Assembly: GCA_017558505.1 (NCBI GenBank)
Contig: JAFYUM010000011.1
Location: forward strand, 13,439 to 77,438
Origin: Ruminococcus sp.
GTDB lineage: Bacteria; Bacillota; Clostridia; Oscillospirales; Ruminococcaceae
Reading direction: 5' to 3'
DNA: 64,000 nt
The notes under the pieces were generated by a model. The model saw only the letters and a list, made by a program, of their open reading frames with translations. It was not told where the DNA came from and searched no databases. This document shows positions 1 to 9,814 of the stretch, piece by piece. A program made the translations under genes and the position numbers. Numbering within the stretch: the first letter of the stretch is position 1; each line of letters begins with the position of its first letter.

Positions 1-774
1 AACAATCATATCCACAAATCCCTTGTCCTGCATAAACTCTGCAAGCTGGAAATCCTCGGGGAGACGCTGTTTCATTGTGCTTTCAATAACTCGTCTGCCT
101 GCGAAACCTATGAGTATTTTCGGCTCGGCTATGATGATATCGCCCAGCGAAGCAAAGCTTGCAGTAACTCCGCCTGTAGTGGGATCAGTCAGAACTGTGA
201 TATAAAGTCCGCCGTTATCACTGTGAAGCTTTACAGCCCCCGATGTTTTAGCCATCTGCATAAGAGATACGATACCCTCCTGCATACGTGCACCGCCCGA
301 TGCTGTAAACATAATAACAGGGAGATTATTTTCCGTGGCATATTCAAAGGCACGGGCAATTTTCTCTCCTACAACGCTTCCCATAGAAGCCATCATATAG
401 CGTGAGTCCATAATTCCCACAACAGCCTTTTCGCCCCTTACAAGAGCCGTACCTGTGACAATAGCATCGTTAAGTCCGGTGACTTCACGGAGCTCTGCCT
501 GTTTTTCGGGATAATTCGGAAAGCCGATAGGATCACAGCTTATCATATTGCTGTCAAATTCCTCAAAGCTGCCCTTGTCGAATGTAAGGGCAATACGCTC
601 TCTTGCGGACAGTCTGCCGTGGTAATTACAAGCGGGGCAGACTCTTAAAAGCTCTTCATAGCGTTCAAGGGGTACTGTACCCTGACAGCGTGGACATTTG
701 AAAGCAGGGCCGCTTACTTCTTCTTCGTTTCCGTTGAAACGGTGCTTTACAACCTTAAAAAAATCTTCAAACAT
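1..774 (-). CDS. accD: Acetyl-CoA carboxylase carboxyltransferase beta subunit (partial; runs off the left edge)
   Basis: Manual translation from ATG at 774: [10 protein letters not shown]...CPRC...CPAC zinc ribbon, [40 protein letters not shown]. Not in the ORF track because it is truncated. Confidence 0.93.
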   Translation of the reverse strand, partial: MFEDFFKVVKHRFNGNEEEVSGPAFKCPRCQGTVPLERYEELLRVCPACNYHGRLSARERIALTFDKGSFEEFDSNMISCDPIGFPNYPEKQAELREVTGLNDAIVTGTALVRGEKAVVGIMDSRYMMASMGSVVGEKIARAFEYATENNLPVIMFTASGGARMQEGIVSLMQMAKTSGAVKLHSDNGGLYITVLTDPTTGGVTASFASLGDIIIAEPKILIGFAGRRVIESTMKQRLPEDFQLAEFMQDKGFVDMIV

Positions 775-788
775 CTGAATTCACCGCC

Positions 789-2138
789 TTACTTGCGTTT
801 TTTCATATATCTTGTGAGGAATCCGTTATCGTAATTTCCACCCATAAATTCAGGCTGCTTGATAATTTCAAGCTGGAAGTCGATATTTGTATCAACACCG
901 TCAACGATAAATTCAGATAAAGCCCATCTCATTTTGCGTATAGCTTCATCACGGTCAGCACCGTGAACAATGAGCTTGCTTATCATGGAATCGTAATAAG
1001 GTGTGATTGTATACCCTTGATAAACGGCACTGTCTATACGTATACCCGGACCTCCGGGAACGTAGAGGGCATTGATTGTGCCGGGGGAGGGACGGAAATC
1101 CATATCGGGATTTTCTGCGTTTATACGGCACTCAATAGCATGACCTGTCAGTCTGATATCCTTCTGCTTCATACGCAGGGGCATATCGCAGGCAACCTCA
1201 ATCTGTGCCTTTACAAGGTCAAAGCCTGTAACTTCTTCTGTTATAGGATGTTCAACCTGAATACGTGTATTCATTTCCATAAAGTAGAAATTACGCTCCT
1301 CGTCAACGAGAAACTCAATTGTACCTGCATTGTAATAGCCGCATTCCTTTGCAGCTGTAACAGCCGCCTTGCCCATTTTTTCACGGAGCTCGGAGCTTAC
1401 AACGGGGCTGGGGCATTCTTCAAGAATTTTCTGGTTGCGTCGCTGCATAGAACAGTCACGCTCGCCCAGATATATGGTGTTGCCCATTTTATCAGCCATA
1501 ATCTGGATTTCAACGTGGTGGGGATTTACAAGGAATTTCTCGATGTATACTGTGTCGTCGCCGAAGAAGGAGAGTGCTTCCTGCTGTGCGGCGATAATCT
1601 GTGATTCAAGTTCATCGGGTGAATCAACACGGCGGATACCTCTGCCGCCGCCGCCTGCGGAAGCCTTGACAAGAACGGGATAACCGCATTTTTCAGCAAT
1701 TTTCTTTGCTTCATCAATGCTTTTTACAGCTCCCTTTGAGCCGGGGATAACGGGAACGCCTGCCGCAGCCATTGTTTCCTTTGCCGCAGCCTTATCGCCC
1801 AGCATCTCAATTGATTTATATGAAGGGCCTATGAAAACAATTCCGCTTTTTTCGCAGAGTCTTGCAAATTCTGCATTTTCCGAGAGAAAGCCGAATCCAG
1901 GGTGGATAGCCTCTGCACCAACATTTACAGCAGCCTGTATGACAGCGTTCATATTGAGATAGCTGTCCTTGGTAGCAGGAGGGCCGATACATACCGCCTC
2001 GTCGGCAATCTGTGCGTGGAGAGCGTTTTTGTCGGCGGTGGAATACACAGCCACACAGCGTACGCCCAGTTCACGGCAGGCACGGATAATACGAACCGCA
2101 ATTTCTCCACGGTTAGCAATCAATACTTTTTTAAACAT
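789..2138 (-). CDS. accC: Biotin carboxylase
   Basis: ANRGEIAVR, HPGFGFLSEN, KASAGGGGRG, FMEMNTRIQVEHP, YYDSMISKL. Confidence 0.97.
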   Translation of the reverse strand: MFKKVLIANRGEIAVRIIRACRELGVRCVAVYSTADKNALHAQIADEAVCIGPPATKDSYLNMNAVIQAAVNVGAEAIHPGFGFLSENAEFARLCEKSGIVFIGPSYKSIEMLGDKAAAKETMAAAGVPVIPGSKGAVKSIDEAKKIAEKCGYPVLVKASAGGGGRGIRRVDSPDELESQIIAAQQEALSFFGDDTVYIEKFLVNPHHVEIQIMADKMGNTIYLGERDCSMQRRNQKILEECPSPVVSSELREKMGKAAVTAAKECGYYNAGTIEFLVDEERNFYFMEMNTRIQVEHPITEEVTGFDLVKAQIEVACDMPLRMKQKDIRLTGHAIECRINAENPDMDFRPSPGTINALYVPGGPGIRIDSAVYQGYTITPYYDSMISKLIVHGADRDEAIRKMRWALSEFIVDGVDTNIDFQLEIIKQPEFMGGNYDNGFLTRYMKKRK

Positions 2139-2161
2139 TTATTGTACTCCTAATTGTTACA

Positions 2162-2611
2162 TCAATTGTTGTCACCGTCTGCAACAACAAAGGTAATTTC
2201 GCAGGAAACTGCCTTTTCGCCGTCTACAGAGGCAAGAGCCTTACCTGTGCCGATTGGTCCTCTCTGGCGGATAATCTCAACTTCAAGGTCAAGAACGTCC
2301 CCAGGAACAACCTGTCTGCGGAACTTAGCCTTGTCAATGCCGCCGAAAAGTCCGATTTTACCCTTGAATTCAGGCTTTGAAAGCATACATACAGCACCTG
2401 CCTGTGCAAGCATTTCAACCATAAGTACACCGGGAGTTACGGGGTAGTTCGGGAAATGTCCCTTGAACCAGAAATCGTCCTCCTTGATGTATTTTCTTGC
2501 CTTTACCTTAACGCCCACTTCCATTTCAACAATTTCGTCAATAAGAAGAAAGGGTTCACGGTGAGGGATAATTTCCATTATCTGTTCTTTATTCATTAAA
2601 ACATCTGACAT
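2162..2611 (-). CDS. fabZ: 3-hydroxyacyl-ACP dehydratase
   Basis: IPHREPFLLID, FKGHFPNYPVTPGVLMVE, FRRQVVPGD. Confidence 0.96.
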   Translation of the reverse strand: MSDVLMNKEQIMEIIPHREPFLLIDEIVEMEVGVKVKARKYIKEDDFWFKGHFPNYPVTPGVLMVEMLAQAGAVCMLSKPEFKGKIGLFGGIDKAKFRRQVVPGDVLDLEVEIIRQRGPIGTGKALASVDGEKAVSCEITFVVADGDNN

Positions 2612-2624
2612 AGTAATTACTTCC

Positions 2625-3092
2625 TTACTTGATTATCATAATAGGCTGGTCGAACTCAACAGCCTGACCGTCGGAAACGAGAATACGCTCTACAACGCCG
2701 TCAAATTCAGACTGCACCTCGTTCATAAGCTTCATTGATTCGATAATCATGATGATATCGCCTTTTTTAACCTTATCGCCCACCTTTACAAATGGCGGTT
2801 TATCGGGAGAGGGTGCCTGATAGAAAGTGCCTACAATGGGGGATTTCACTATATTACCCTCGGGAACAGCCTCAGCCTTGGGAGCTTCCGCAGTCTGTAC
2901 AGGAGCAGAGGCAGGAGTAGCCATTGGCATACCCATAGGCATTACAGGGGCAGGGGGAGGGCATTTTTTGCCCTTAATTGTTATATTGCAGTCGTCGTTG
3001 GAAATTGTGATTTCCGAAAGCTCGTTGTCTTTTACAATTTTAGCGAGTCTTTCAATTTTATCAAGCTCAACTGTATCAAGAATTTTACACAT
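2625..3092 (-). CDS. accB: Biotin carboxyl carrier protein
   Basis: Pro/Ala linker, SPIVGTFY, biotinylation motif ESMKLM. Confidence 0.96.
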   Translation of the reverse strand: MCKILDTVELDKIERLAKIVKDNELSEITISNDDCNITIKGKKCPPPAPVMPMGMPMATPASAPVQTAEAPKAEAVPEGNIVKSPIVGTFYQAPSPDKPPFVKVGDKVKKGDIIMIIESMKLMNEVQSEFDGVVERILVSDGQAVEFDQPIMIIK

Positions 3093-3103
3093 AGGCTTAC
3101 TCC

Positions 3104-4372
3104 TTATTCCTTAACTTTTTTGAAGCAGAGAGTTCCGTTATGACCGCCAAATCCGAGAGAGTTGGAAAGTGCGGCATTAACCTCCTGCTGAATATTTCCG
3201 TTTACACAGTAATCGAGATCACATTCCTCGTCTGGAACCTGATAACCGACTGTGGCATGAATAATTCCCTCGTCAATAGACTTTGCAACAACGATAGCTT
3301 CAATAGCGCCTGCGGCACCGAGAAGATGTCCTGTCATTGACTTTGTGGAATTTATCTTTACATTCTTTGCCTCGTCGCCGAAAGCAAGCTTTATAGCGGC
3401 TGTTTCATACTTGTCATTAAGACCTGTTGAAGTGCCGTGAGCGTTGATATAGTCAATATCTGCGGGAGTAAGACCTGCCTCCTGCATAGCAAGAGTCATA
3501 CCCATACCTGCGGCTTCTCCTGTAGGCATAGGAGAAGTCATGTGATAGCCGTCGTCTGTAGCACCGTAGCCAGCGATTTCAGCGTATATCTTTGCACCTC
3601 TTGCCTTTGCGTGTTCATATTCCTCAAGAACAATGACACCGCTTCCTTCGCTTAATACGAAGCCGTGACGCTCCTTGTCAAAAGGTATTGACGCTCTTTC
3701 AAGTTTATCTGCTTTTGTGAGAGCCTTCATATTTGCAAAGCCGGCGTAAGTAAATTCAACATTTGTACTTTCTGTACCGCCTGCAAGACATACATCAAGG
3801 TAACCGTCCTTGATTTTGCGGAAAGCTTCGCCGATAGCGTGGGTAGCAGTAGCACAGGCGGAGGAAATGTCAAAGTTAGCACCTCTGAAGCCTGTTTTCA
3901 TAGCGATAGTACCTGAAGCCATATTGCTTATCATCATAGGAATGTAGAAAGCGGAAACACGGCCCGCACCCTTTTCCAGATATCTTGTATATTCAGAAAG
4001 TGTGAGGTCGATACCGCCGATACCAGAGCCGACGAGAACGCCTGCTCTGTAGCAGTCGATGTCGGAGAAGTCTGTACCGGCGTCCACCATAGCTTCGTGA
4101 GCGGCAACAACGGCATATTTTGTGAACACATCCATACGCTTTGCCTCTTTTTTATCAAAGCAGCCCTTTACGTCGTAGTAAGCTGTTTCGTCGAAATCAC
4201 GTACAATACCTGCTATTTTAACGCCTGTCTTTTCAGTATCGAAAGCGTCGATATAAGAGAAACCAATTTTATTTGCCTTGATGCCCTCCCAGAATTTTTC
4301 AACGCCTGTGCCAAGGGGAGTAACGGCACCCAAACCTGTGATAACAACACGTCTGCTCATATATTTTATCAT
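3104..4372 (-). CDS. fabF: Beta-ketoacyl-ACP synthase II (start 4372 or 4360)
   Basis: RRVVITGLG, SSACAT (catalytic Cys), NAHGTST, KSMTGHLLGAAG, SNSLGFGGHN. Confidence 0.96.
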   Translation of the reverse strand: MIKYMSRRVVITGLGAVTPLGTGVEKFWEGIKANKIGFSYIDAFDTEKTGVKIAGIVRDFDETAYYDVKGCFDKKEAKRMDVFTKYAVVAAHEAMVDAGTDFSDIDCYRAGVLVGSGIGGIDLTLSEYTRYLEKGAGRVSAFYIPMMISNMASGTIAMKTGFRGANFDISSACATATHAIGEAFRKIKDGYLDVCLAGGTESTNVEFTYAGFANMKALTKADKLERASIPFDKERHGFVLSEGSGVIVLEEYEHAKARGAKIYAEIAGYGATDDGYHMTSPMPTGEAAGMGMTLAMQEAGLTPADIDYINAHGTSTGLNDKYETAAIKLAFGDEAKNVKINSTKSMTGHLLGAAGAIEAIVVAKSIDEGIIHATVGYQVPDEECDLDYCVNGNIQQEVNAALSNSLGFGGHNGTLCFKKVKE

Positions 4373-4392
4373 TTTCCTTTCTGTGTGCATTT

Positions 4393-4467
4393 TAATTCCT
4401 TTGCTGTGCAGGAACGGATAGTATCCGCCCGAAATGCTGAAGCAAACCGCGGCATTTCAAGGAATTA
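4393..4467. other. Multi-stem intergenic structure containing a REP-like palindrome
   Basis: Outer stem 4393-4401/4459-4467; inner hairpins CGGAT-AGT-ATCCG (4415-4427) and GAAATGC/GCATTTC (4431-4458). Confidence 0.45.
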
Positions 4468-4489
4468 ATTCTGTATTTTTTACTCTGAA

Positions 4490-5230
4490 TTACATTGAAA
4501 GTCCGCCTGAAATTTCGATTACCTGTCCTGTTATGTAGGACGAGTCGTCGGAAACAAGGAATGAAACAGCAGATGCTATTTCCTCAGGCTCGCCGTATCT
4601 GCCGAGAGCAACAGCGCCCAGCATCTTTGCTTTAAGCTCCTCGGGAAGTGCCGCTGTCATGGGTGTATTTATAAATCCCGGCGCAACGGCATTGCAAGTG
4701 ATATTACGTGAGCCGAACTCCTTTGCAATTGTCTTTGTCATACCGATAATAGCAGCCTTTGAAGCGGAATAGTTAACCTGTCCCGGATTGCCGTAAAGAC
4801 CTGCAACAGATGAAACATTTACAATTCTGCCGTGGCGCTGTTTCATCATAACAGCGCAGGTATGCTTTAACATATTGTAGACGCTTTTCTGATTTACAGC
4901 AATAACAGCGTCGTAATCTTCTTCTTTCATACGTGCAAGGAGAGTATCCTTTGTTATGCCTGCATTGTTTACAAGTGCGTCGATAGTGCCGAATTCAGCC
5001 TTGACCTGCTTTACCATAGCTTCACACTGGTCAAATTTTGAAACATCGGTACCAATACATAATGTTCTGACACCGAAAGCCTCACATTCAGCCGCAACAG
5101 CAAGAGCCTTTTCCTTACTGCTGTCGCTGGGATAGTAGTTTATAACGACATCAAAGCCGTCTTTTGCAAGTCTTTTTGCTATGCAAGCGCCTATTCCCTG
5201 GGATGCGCCTGTTATAATTGCTGTAGCCAT
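4490..5230 (-). CDS. fabG: 3-oxoacyl-ACP reductase
   Basis: TGASQGIG, VNNAGITKD, NYSASK (YxxxK), fab operon context. Confidence 0.96.
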   Translation of the reverse strand: MATAIITGASQGIGACIAKRLAKDGFDVVINYYPSDSSKEKALAVAAECEAFGVRTLCIGTDVSKFDQCEAMVKQVKAEFGTIDALVNNAGITKDTLLARMKEEDYDAVIAVNQKSVYNMLKHTCAVMMKQRHGRIVNVSSVAGLYGNPGQVNYSASKAAIIGMTKTIAKEFGSRNITCNAVAPGFINTPMTAALPEELKAKMLGAVALGRYGEPEEIASAVSFLVSDDSSYITGQVIEISGGLSM

Positions 5231-5298
5231 ATTTTACCTCCGAATTATTTTGTATGTATGGGACGGTGTTTTCGACGCCCCATTTTAATTAATGTGTT

Positions 5299-5517
5299 TT
5301 AATTTTCACAATCTTTTTCAAATACAAGGTCATAACTCATAAGAGAACCGTAACCTCCCGGATCAACGGGAAGCTTTCCGACAAACCGCCAACCTTCTAA
5401 AGCCATATTTCTGATAACTTCACGGTGGTCAGCATTTCCGTATTTTTCACTTGACCTGTACCCCGATTTGAACATTTTCATTTTCCACGTCATTCTTATA
5501 AATTTATATTTTTTCAT
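5299..5517 (-). CDS. Small DUF4177-like protein
   Basis: MKKYKFIR...IRNMALEGWRFV...YDLVFEK pattern; AGGGA RBS before ATG at 5517. Confidence 0.65.
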   Translation of the reverse strand: MKKYKFIRMTWKMKMFKSGYRSSEKYGNADHREVIRNMALEGWRFVGKLPVDPGGYGSLMSYDLVFEKDCEN

Positions 5518-5574
5518 AATAATCCCTATCCTTATATCAATTAAACGGAGCGATGTGGGCATCGCCCGTCAAGA

Positions 5575-6504
5575 TTACGCATTACGCATTAACTTCTCAG
5601 CCTGTTCCATAATTTCCTTAACGATAGCTTCACAGGGTTTCACATCATTAATCATACCTGCGATAAGTCCACAGAGGAACGAGCCTTCCTCAACATTACC
5701 GTCCTGAACGGCTTTACGGAGAGAACCAAGAGTTACTTCCTCGAATTGTTCGGGAGTGAGTGAGCCGTCCTTTTCGCCGTTTGCAAGCATTTTAGCAAAC
5801 TTTGTCTTGATATTTCTGCAAGGGTGACCTGTATAGCGTCCTGTTACGACATTGTCTGTATCCTTTGCTTTGACAACAAGCTCCTTGAATGTGGGGTGAA
5901 TCTGACATTCCTCAGATGCAAGGAAACGTGTGCCAATCTGTACGCCCTCAGCGCCGAGCATAAATGATGCCGCAACACCTCTGCCGTCAGCAATACCGCC
6001 TGCGGCAATTACGGGGATTTCAAGAGCGTCCACAACCTGCGGAACAAGGCACATTGTTGTATTTTCGCCGATATGTCCGCCTGACTCAGTACCCTCTGCA
6101 ACAACAGCGTCAGCGCCTGCACGCTCCATACGCTTTGCGAGAGCAACCGAGGGAATAACAGGAATTACCTTTATTCCCGCCTCTTTCCATGCAGGAATGA
6201 ACTTTCCCGGATTTCCTGCACCTGTTGTGACAACAGCAACCTTTTCATCAATACAGAGCTGTGCAAGGTCGTCAGCATTGGGGCTCATCAGCATAATATT
6301 CACACCGAATGGCTTATCTGTTTTCTCCTTGCAGAGTCTTATCTGCTCACGGAGATAGTCAATAGGTGCAGAGCCGCCTGCGATAAGACCGATACCGCCT
6401 GCATTTGATACAGCCGCCGCAAGGGTATGCTCTGCAATCCATGCCATACCGCCCTGAATAAGTGGGTACTGACAGCCCAGTAATTCTGTAATTCTTGTTT
6501 TCAT
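5575..6504 (-). CDS. fabK: Enoyl-ACP reductase II (FMN-dependent)
   Basis: YPLIQGGMAWIAE, EGTESGGHIG, IAAGGIADGRG; GGAGG RBS. Confidence 0.95.
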   Translation of the reverse strand: MKTRITELLGCQYPLIQGGMAWIAEHTLAAAVSNAGGIGLIAGGSAPIDYLREQIRLCKEKTDKPFGVNIMLMSPNADDLAQLCIDEKVAVVTTGAGNPGKFIPAWKEAGIKVIPVIPSVALAKRMERAGADAVVAEGTESGGHIGENTTMCLVPQVVDALEIPVIAAGGIADGRGVAASFMLGAEGVQIGTRFLASEECQIHPTFKELVVKAKDTDNVVTGRYTGHPCRNIKTKFAKMLANGEKDGSLTPEQFEEVTLGSLRKAVQDGNVEEGSFLCGLIAGMINDVKPCEAIVKEIMEQAEKLMRNA

Positions 6505-6784
6505 AATTTGTCCTCCTCTTTACTTTTTCTAAAAAAAGTTTTTGTTTTCTGTAAAATACTTCGTTATTTTAAATTTAAATTTCCCCCGAAATTTCGGGAA
6601 AAATTAACCATTCTTATTCCATTAGCAATTACAAAAATGTTTTTTTCGGAACAATATTTTAGTACACAAATACATCTCTTGAAGGAGGATTTAGTATCTG
6701 TGTTGTAAAATACTTTTCAACATTTATCTGTTTATGTGGGATAAAATCTTCAATGTATGGGCGGATATTACCGCCCGATTCAGA

Positions 6785-7771
6785 TTAATATTCTAAAATA
6801 ACGCTGCCGTAGGAAAGACCTGCACCGAAGCCTACCAGTGCAAGCTTCTGACCTCTTTTCACAATTCCCTTTTCAATAGCTTCATCAAGGGCAAGTGGAA
6901 TTGATGCGCTTGAAGTATTTCCGTGGTGGTCAAGGGTAACTATAAATTTATCTATTGGCGCACCGAGATTTTTTGCGGCTGTTTCGATAATTCTCACATT
7001 TGCCTGATGAGGTACGAACCAGTCGATTTCTTCGCTTGTAATGCCGATTTTTTCAGCGGCAGCCCTGAATGCTGTAGGAAGTGCCTTTACAGCAAACTTA
7101 TATACCTCTCTGCCGTCCTGATAAAGACTGTGGACAGCCTTCTTTTCAAATCCGTCCTCAAAGTCGGATTCCTGCTTTACAATAGGGGCAGGCTGACAAT
7201 TTCTTGCGTAAAGCTTTCTTGCGCCGCTTCCGTCAGAGTTGAGGAATGAGGAGTAAAGAGCGTCGCTCTTTTCAATAACTGCGGCAGCTGCACCGTCACC
7301 GAAAAGTATGCATGAGCCTCTGTCCTCGTAGTCACTGATACGTGAAATAGCCTCTGTTGAAATTACGAGTGCATACTTTATATTGTCATCTGTTTCAAGG
7401 AATCTTCTTGCTGTATCAAGTGAGAATACAAATCCCGAGCAGGCAGCATTGAGGTCGAAAGCGGCGGCATTTTCAATTCCCAGTTCATACTGGAGCAGGC
7501 TTGCAATACTTGGCGTTACAAAATCGCTTGTAACAGTACTTACAATGACAAGACCGATATCCTTCGGGGATATTCCGGCTCTTTCAATAGCCTTTTCAGC
7601 AGCTTTTTTACCCATATACCACACAGGTTCCCAGCCTGCCATATGACGCTGTGTAATTCCCGTACGTGTACGAATCCATTCGTCGTTTGTGTCGAGGAAT
7701 TTTGCAAAATCATCATTTGTCATGATTTTTTCAGGGAGATAGCTTCCCGTTGCCAATAATTTGATTCCCAT
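6785..7771 (-). CDS. fabH: Beta-ketoacyl-ACP synthase III
   Basis: WIRTRTGI, DLNAACSGF, LFGDGA, PHQANVRI, HGNTSSASIP. Confidence 0.97.
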   Translation of the reverse strand: MGIKLLATGSYLPEKIMTNDDFAKFLDTNDEWIRTRTGITQRHMAGWEPVWYMGKKAAEKAIERAGISPKDIGLVIVSTVTSDFVTPSIASLLQYELGIENAAAFDLNAACSGFVFSLDTARRFLETDDNIKYALVISTEAISRISDYEDRGSCILFGDGAAAAVIEKSDALYSSFLNSDGSGARKLYARNCQPAPIVKQESDFEDGFEKKAVHSLYQDGREVYKFAVKALPTAFRAAAEKIGITSEEIDWFVPHQANVRIIETAAKNLGAPIDKFIVTLDHHGNTSSASIPLALDEAIEKGIVKRGQKLALVGFGAGLSYGSVILEY

Positions 7772-7861
7772 TCAATTGCTCCTTTATCTTCTAACCCATT
7801 TCAGATGAAATTTTTCTGAAAAGTGTTGTAATATTTTCAAAATTATGTTATAGTAATATTA

Positions 7862-7878
7862 TACACCTGTCAGGTGTA
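7862..7878. promoter_or_regulatory. 17-bp perfect palindrome, operator-like, in the fabH leader
   Basis: TACACCTG-T-CAGGTGTA. Confidence 0.45.
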
Positions 7879-7910
7879 CTTGATTAGTATTTTACAGTAT
7901 ACACATATAT

Positions 7911-7963
7911 ATTGTAAATCATTTCCAAAAATTTTGCAAGAATTTTTTTCTCTTTTATATAAT
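7911..7963. promoter_or_regulatory. Back-to-back sigmaA promoters (fabH and fabD) sharing a palindromic -35
   Basis: TTGCAA at 7934-7939; plus strand 18 nt to TATAAT (7958-7963); minus strand 17 nt to TACAAT (7916-7911). Confidence 0.55.
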
Positions 7964-8064
7964 GGGAAATGAAATTTCAGCACTTTAGACAGGATTTATT
8001 AGAATAATCGGCTTAAATCGTTGATTAATTCGACGATTTGCACAGAAAGGAACAATAAAAAATT

Positions 8065-8979
8065 ATGACTATTTCACTTTTCGCAGGGCAGGGTTCACAG
8101 GCTCAGGGTATGGGAAAGGACATATACGACGCTTTCCCGAAAATGGCGGATTTGTATGATACAGCGTCGGAAATCCTCGGCAGGGATATGAAGCAGCTCT
8201 GCTTTGAAGCACCTATTGAGGAGCTTTCAAAGACAATAAATGCACAGCCTGCGATTATGCTTACATCTCTTGTGTGCCTTAATGCGGCAATTGAAAAGGG
8301 ATATAAATTCGACGGTGTGGCAGGTCATTCTCTTGGCGAATATGCCGCACTTGTAAGTTCGGGTATGGTATCCGTTGAGGACGGTTTCAGACTTATAAAA
8401 GCACGTGCAGAAGCTATGGAAATGGCTACAGCAGAGCAAAAGGGTGCAATGGCGGCAGTTATGAAGCTTGCTCCCGAAAAAATTGAGGAAGTATGTGCCA
8501 ACGCTTCAGATTATGTCACAGCTGTAAATTATAATTCTCCACAGCAGACTGTAATTGCAGGAACTCCTGAGGGCATTGCCGAGGTAAGCAAAGTTTTTGC
8601 AGAGTTAAAGGCAAGGGTTATAACTCTTAACGTGGCAGGAGCTTTCCATTCAAAGCTTATGCAGTCCGCCGCAGATAAGTTCTATGAAACAGCAAAGACA
8701 ATTACATTCAACGCTCCGCAGGTGAAGTATTACTCCAACGTAACAGGCGGCGAACTGACAGATTTCAGCGATATGCCGTCGCTTCTTGCAAAGCATATCG
8801 TTTCCCCTGTACGTTTTACTTCTGAACTTGCGGCAATGCAGGAAGCAGGAGCAGATACATTTGTGGAATTCGGCCCCGGAAAAACTCTTACAGGGCTTGT
8901 TAAAAAGACTCTCAAGGATGTTACAGCTCTCAATATAGAAAACCTTGCAGGGCTTGAAGGAGCTGAAATATATGGATAA
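8065..8979 (+). CDS. fabD: Malonyl-CoA:ACP transacylase
   Basis: FAGQGSQ, GHSLGEY, VNYNSPQQTVIAG, AFHSKLM, EFGPGKTL. Confidence 0.97.
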   Translation: MTISLFAGQGSQAQGMGKDIYDAFPKMADLYDTASEILGRDMKQLCFEAPIEELSKTINAQPAIMLTSLVCLNAAIEKGYKFDGVAGHSLGEYAALVSSGMVSVEDGFRLIKARAEAMEMATAEQKGAMAAVMKLAPEKIEEVCANASDYVTAVNYNSPQQTVIAGTPEGIAEVSKVFAELKARVITLNVAGAFHSKLMQSAADKFYETAKTITFNAPQVKYYSNVTGGELTDFSDMPSLLAKHIVSPVRFTSELAAMQEAGADTFVEFGPGKTLTGLVKKTLKDVTALNIENLAGLEGAEIYG

Positions 8980-9808
8980 ATACGGACTTATCGGTCATCC
9001 GCTGGGACATTCAATGTCGCCGCTTATACATAAAAAGCTTTTTGCCTTAAGCGGAATTGAGGATTACAGCTATGACCTTATTGATATTGCGCCTGAAAAG
9101 CTTGCAGAGAGCGAGAGTAGGCTCCGTGAGCTGAAAGGCTTTAATATAACAATTCCCTATAAAACGGAAATTATTCCAATGACTGACAAACTTGGAGAAA
9201 GTGCGGAGAGATACAGTTCCGTCAACTGTATCTCCAACGACAACGGTGTTATGACAGGATATAATACTGATTGTGACGGCTTTCTCCGTTCGGCGGAACT
9301 TCTTCCCCTTGGCGGAAAGGTGCTTCTTGTAGGCTGCGGCGGAGTTGGCAGAATGATTGCCATTGAAGCGGCTTTGCACGGTGCGGAGCTCACAATTGCC
9401 GTTCTTCCCGATTCTGTGAAAAATGCACAGCTTGTTATGGCGGAGATACTCGCAAAGTGCGGTAACGCTTCTGTTAAAATATGCCTTGTGAACGAAATAG
9501 AGGGTGGCTTTGATTTGCTTGTCAACGCAACCCCTGTGGGTATGTATCCGAAGGTTGATACCTGTCCCGTTTCCGATGAGGTAATTGAAAATTCTCTCTC
9601 CGTTTTTGATGTTATCTACAATCCTATTGAAACTCTCCTTGTGAGAAAGGCACGGGCTCTTGGACGTACTGCTGTAGGTGGTGCGGCAATGCTTGTGTAT
9701 CAGGCGGTAAAGGCTCACGAGCTTTGGTACGGCGGTGAATTTGATACGGAGGATATATCTGCTATTATCAAGGATGTTGAAGCCGAAGTTGAAAAGATGA
9801 ACGGGTGA
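8972..9808 (+). CDS. aroE: Shikimate dehydrogenase
   Basis: GLIGHPLGHSMSP, GFNITIPYK, GYNTD, GCGGVGR, NATPVGM, DVIYNP. Confidence 0.94.
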   Translation: MDKYGLIGHPLGHSMSPLIHKKLFALSGIEDYSYDLIDIAPEKLAESESRLRELKGFNITIPYKTEIIPMTDKLGESAERYSSVNCISNDNGVMTGYNTDCDGFLRSAELLPLGGKVLLVGCGGVGRMIAIEAALHGAELTIAVLPDSVKNAQLVMAEILAKCGNASVKICLVNEIEGGFDLLVNATPVGMYPKVDTCPVSDEVIENSLSVFDVIYNPIETLLVRKARALGRTAVGGAAMLVYQAVKAHELWYGGEFDTEDISAIIKDVEAEVEKMNG

Positions 9809-9814
9809 ATTGGT

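Noticed and set aside
6540-6720. FapR boxes upstream of fabK
   Set aside because: Only half-site-like TTAGTA matches in AT-rich DNA. A 14-bp palindrome CCCGAAATTTCGGG (6585-6598) is present but unsupported elsewhere.
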